Positions 62,615 through 64,000 of a DNA stretch of 64,000 nt are shown in pieces. The position numbers and the translations under genes are program-made. The DNA lies in contig CAWJCS010000005.1 of the NCBI GenBank assembly GCA_963841435.1, positions 608,001-672,000 on the forward strand. The letters are read 5' to 3'. Under the pieces are notes generated by a model. The model was not told the origin of the DNA and did no database searches. It saw nothing but the letters and a program-made list of their open reading frames with translations. The stretch's first letter is position 1. Each line of letters begins with the position of its first letter. The DNA comes from an uncultured delta proteobacterium (GTDB lineage: Bacteria > Myxococcota_A > Polyangia > Polyangiales > Polyangiaceae).

Positions 62615-63690
<1,076 letters not shown>

Positions 63691-63694
<4 letters not shown>

Positions 63695-64000
63695 CGTTCA
63701 GCGCCGATGCGGATGCCCTGCTTTGCGCGCTCATCCTCACGCCCACGACCTACTCGCGCAATCGCTTCTTCCAGCTCTTCGAGCAGCCCGAGCTTCGTCG
63801 TGTACGGCGGCGTGCGACGCGCGTGCGCGGCATCCTGCGGCAGCTCGCCGGGGGCGCCGAGGTCACCGGCGAGATCGAGCTCGCGGACGGACGGCGCCTC
63901 CTGCGCTACCGCGTGCAGCGGCTCCGCTTGTCGCGCTCGGCCGCGCTGTCGCCACTCGAAGCGGCGACGCTGCGTTTCGCGCTGGCGCGAGCCGCCCGCC
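63691..64000 (+). CDS. Hypothetical protein, truncated at the window end
   Basis: ATGA overlap with prfA; open frame MTFSADADALLCALILTPTTYSRNRFFQLFE... Confidence 0.7.

Overview
Chromosomal window of a very high-GC bacterium. Gene content (CdnL/CarD, double-length UvrA, DUF1592/DUF1552 pairs, Hanks-type Ser/Thr kinases, Gly-linker lipoproteins, Cys-rich repeat lipoprotein) points to a Polyangiales-like myxobacterium; this is an inference, not a database result. Housekeeping genes (ftsH, tilS, mnmA, lipB, IHF/HU, cdnL, nagZ, uvrA, smpB, rpmE, prfA) are interspersed with signalling genes (FliA/WhiG-like sigma, two ECF cassettes, REC-GAF-HD-GYP, a histidine kinase, two Ser/Thr kinases, a degenerate FHA protein) and many uncharacterised envelope proteins. 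I see no rRNA, tRNA, tmRNA, CRISPR array, transposase or prophage. The best leads are: (1) an unannotated structured RNA with its own terminator lying back-to-back with a 43-aa hydrophobic peptide gene downstream of smpB; (2) two copies of the heme-c lipoprotein plus Tat-like metallo-protein DUF1592/DUF1552 module; (3) a 28-repeat Cys-rich lipoprotein under a sigma54-type promoter with a palindromic upstream site; (4) several sub-60-aa genes missed by the ORF track; (5) about eight single-base frameshifts, five of which can be repaired at a TCGA site, suggesting sequencing errors that report a DNA-modification motif rather than real pseudogenes.
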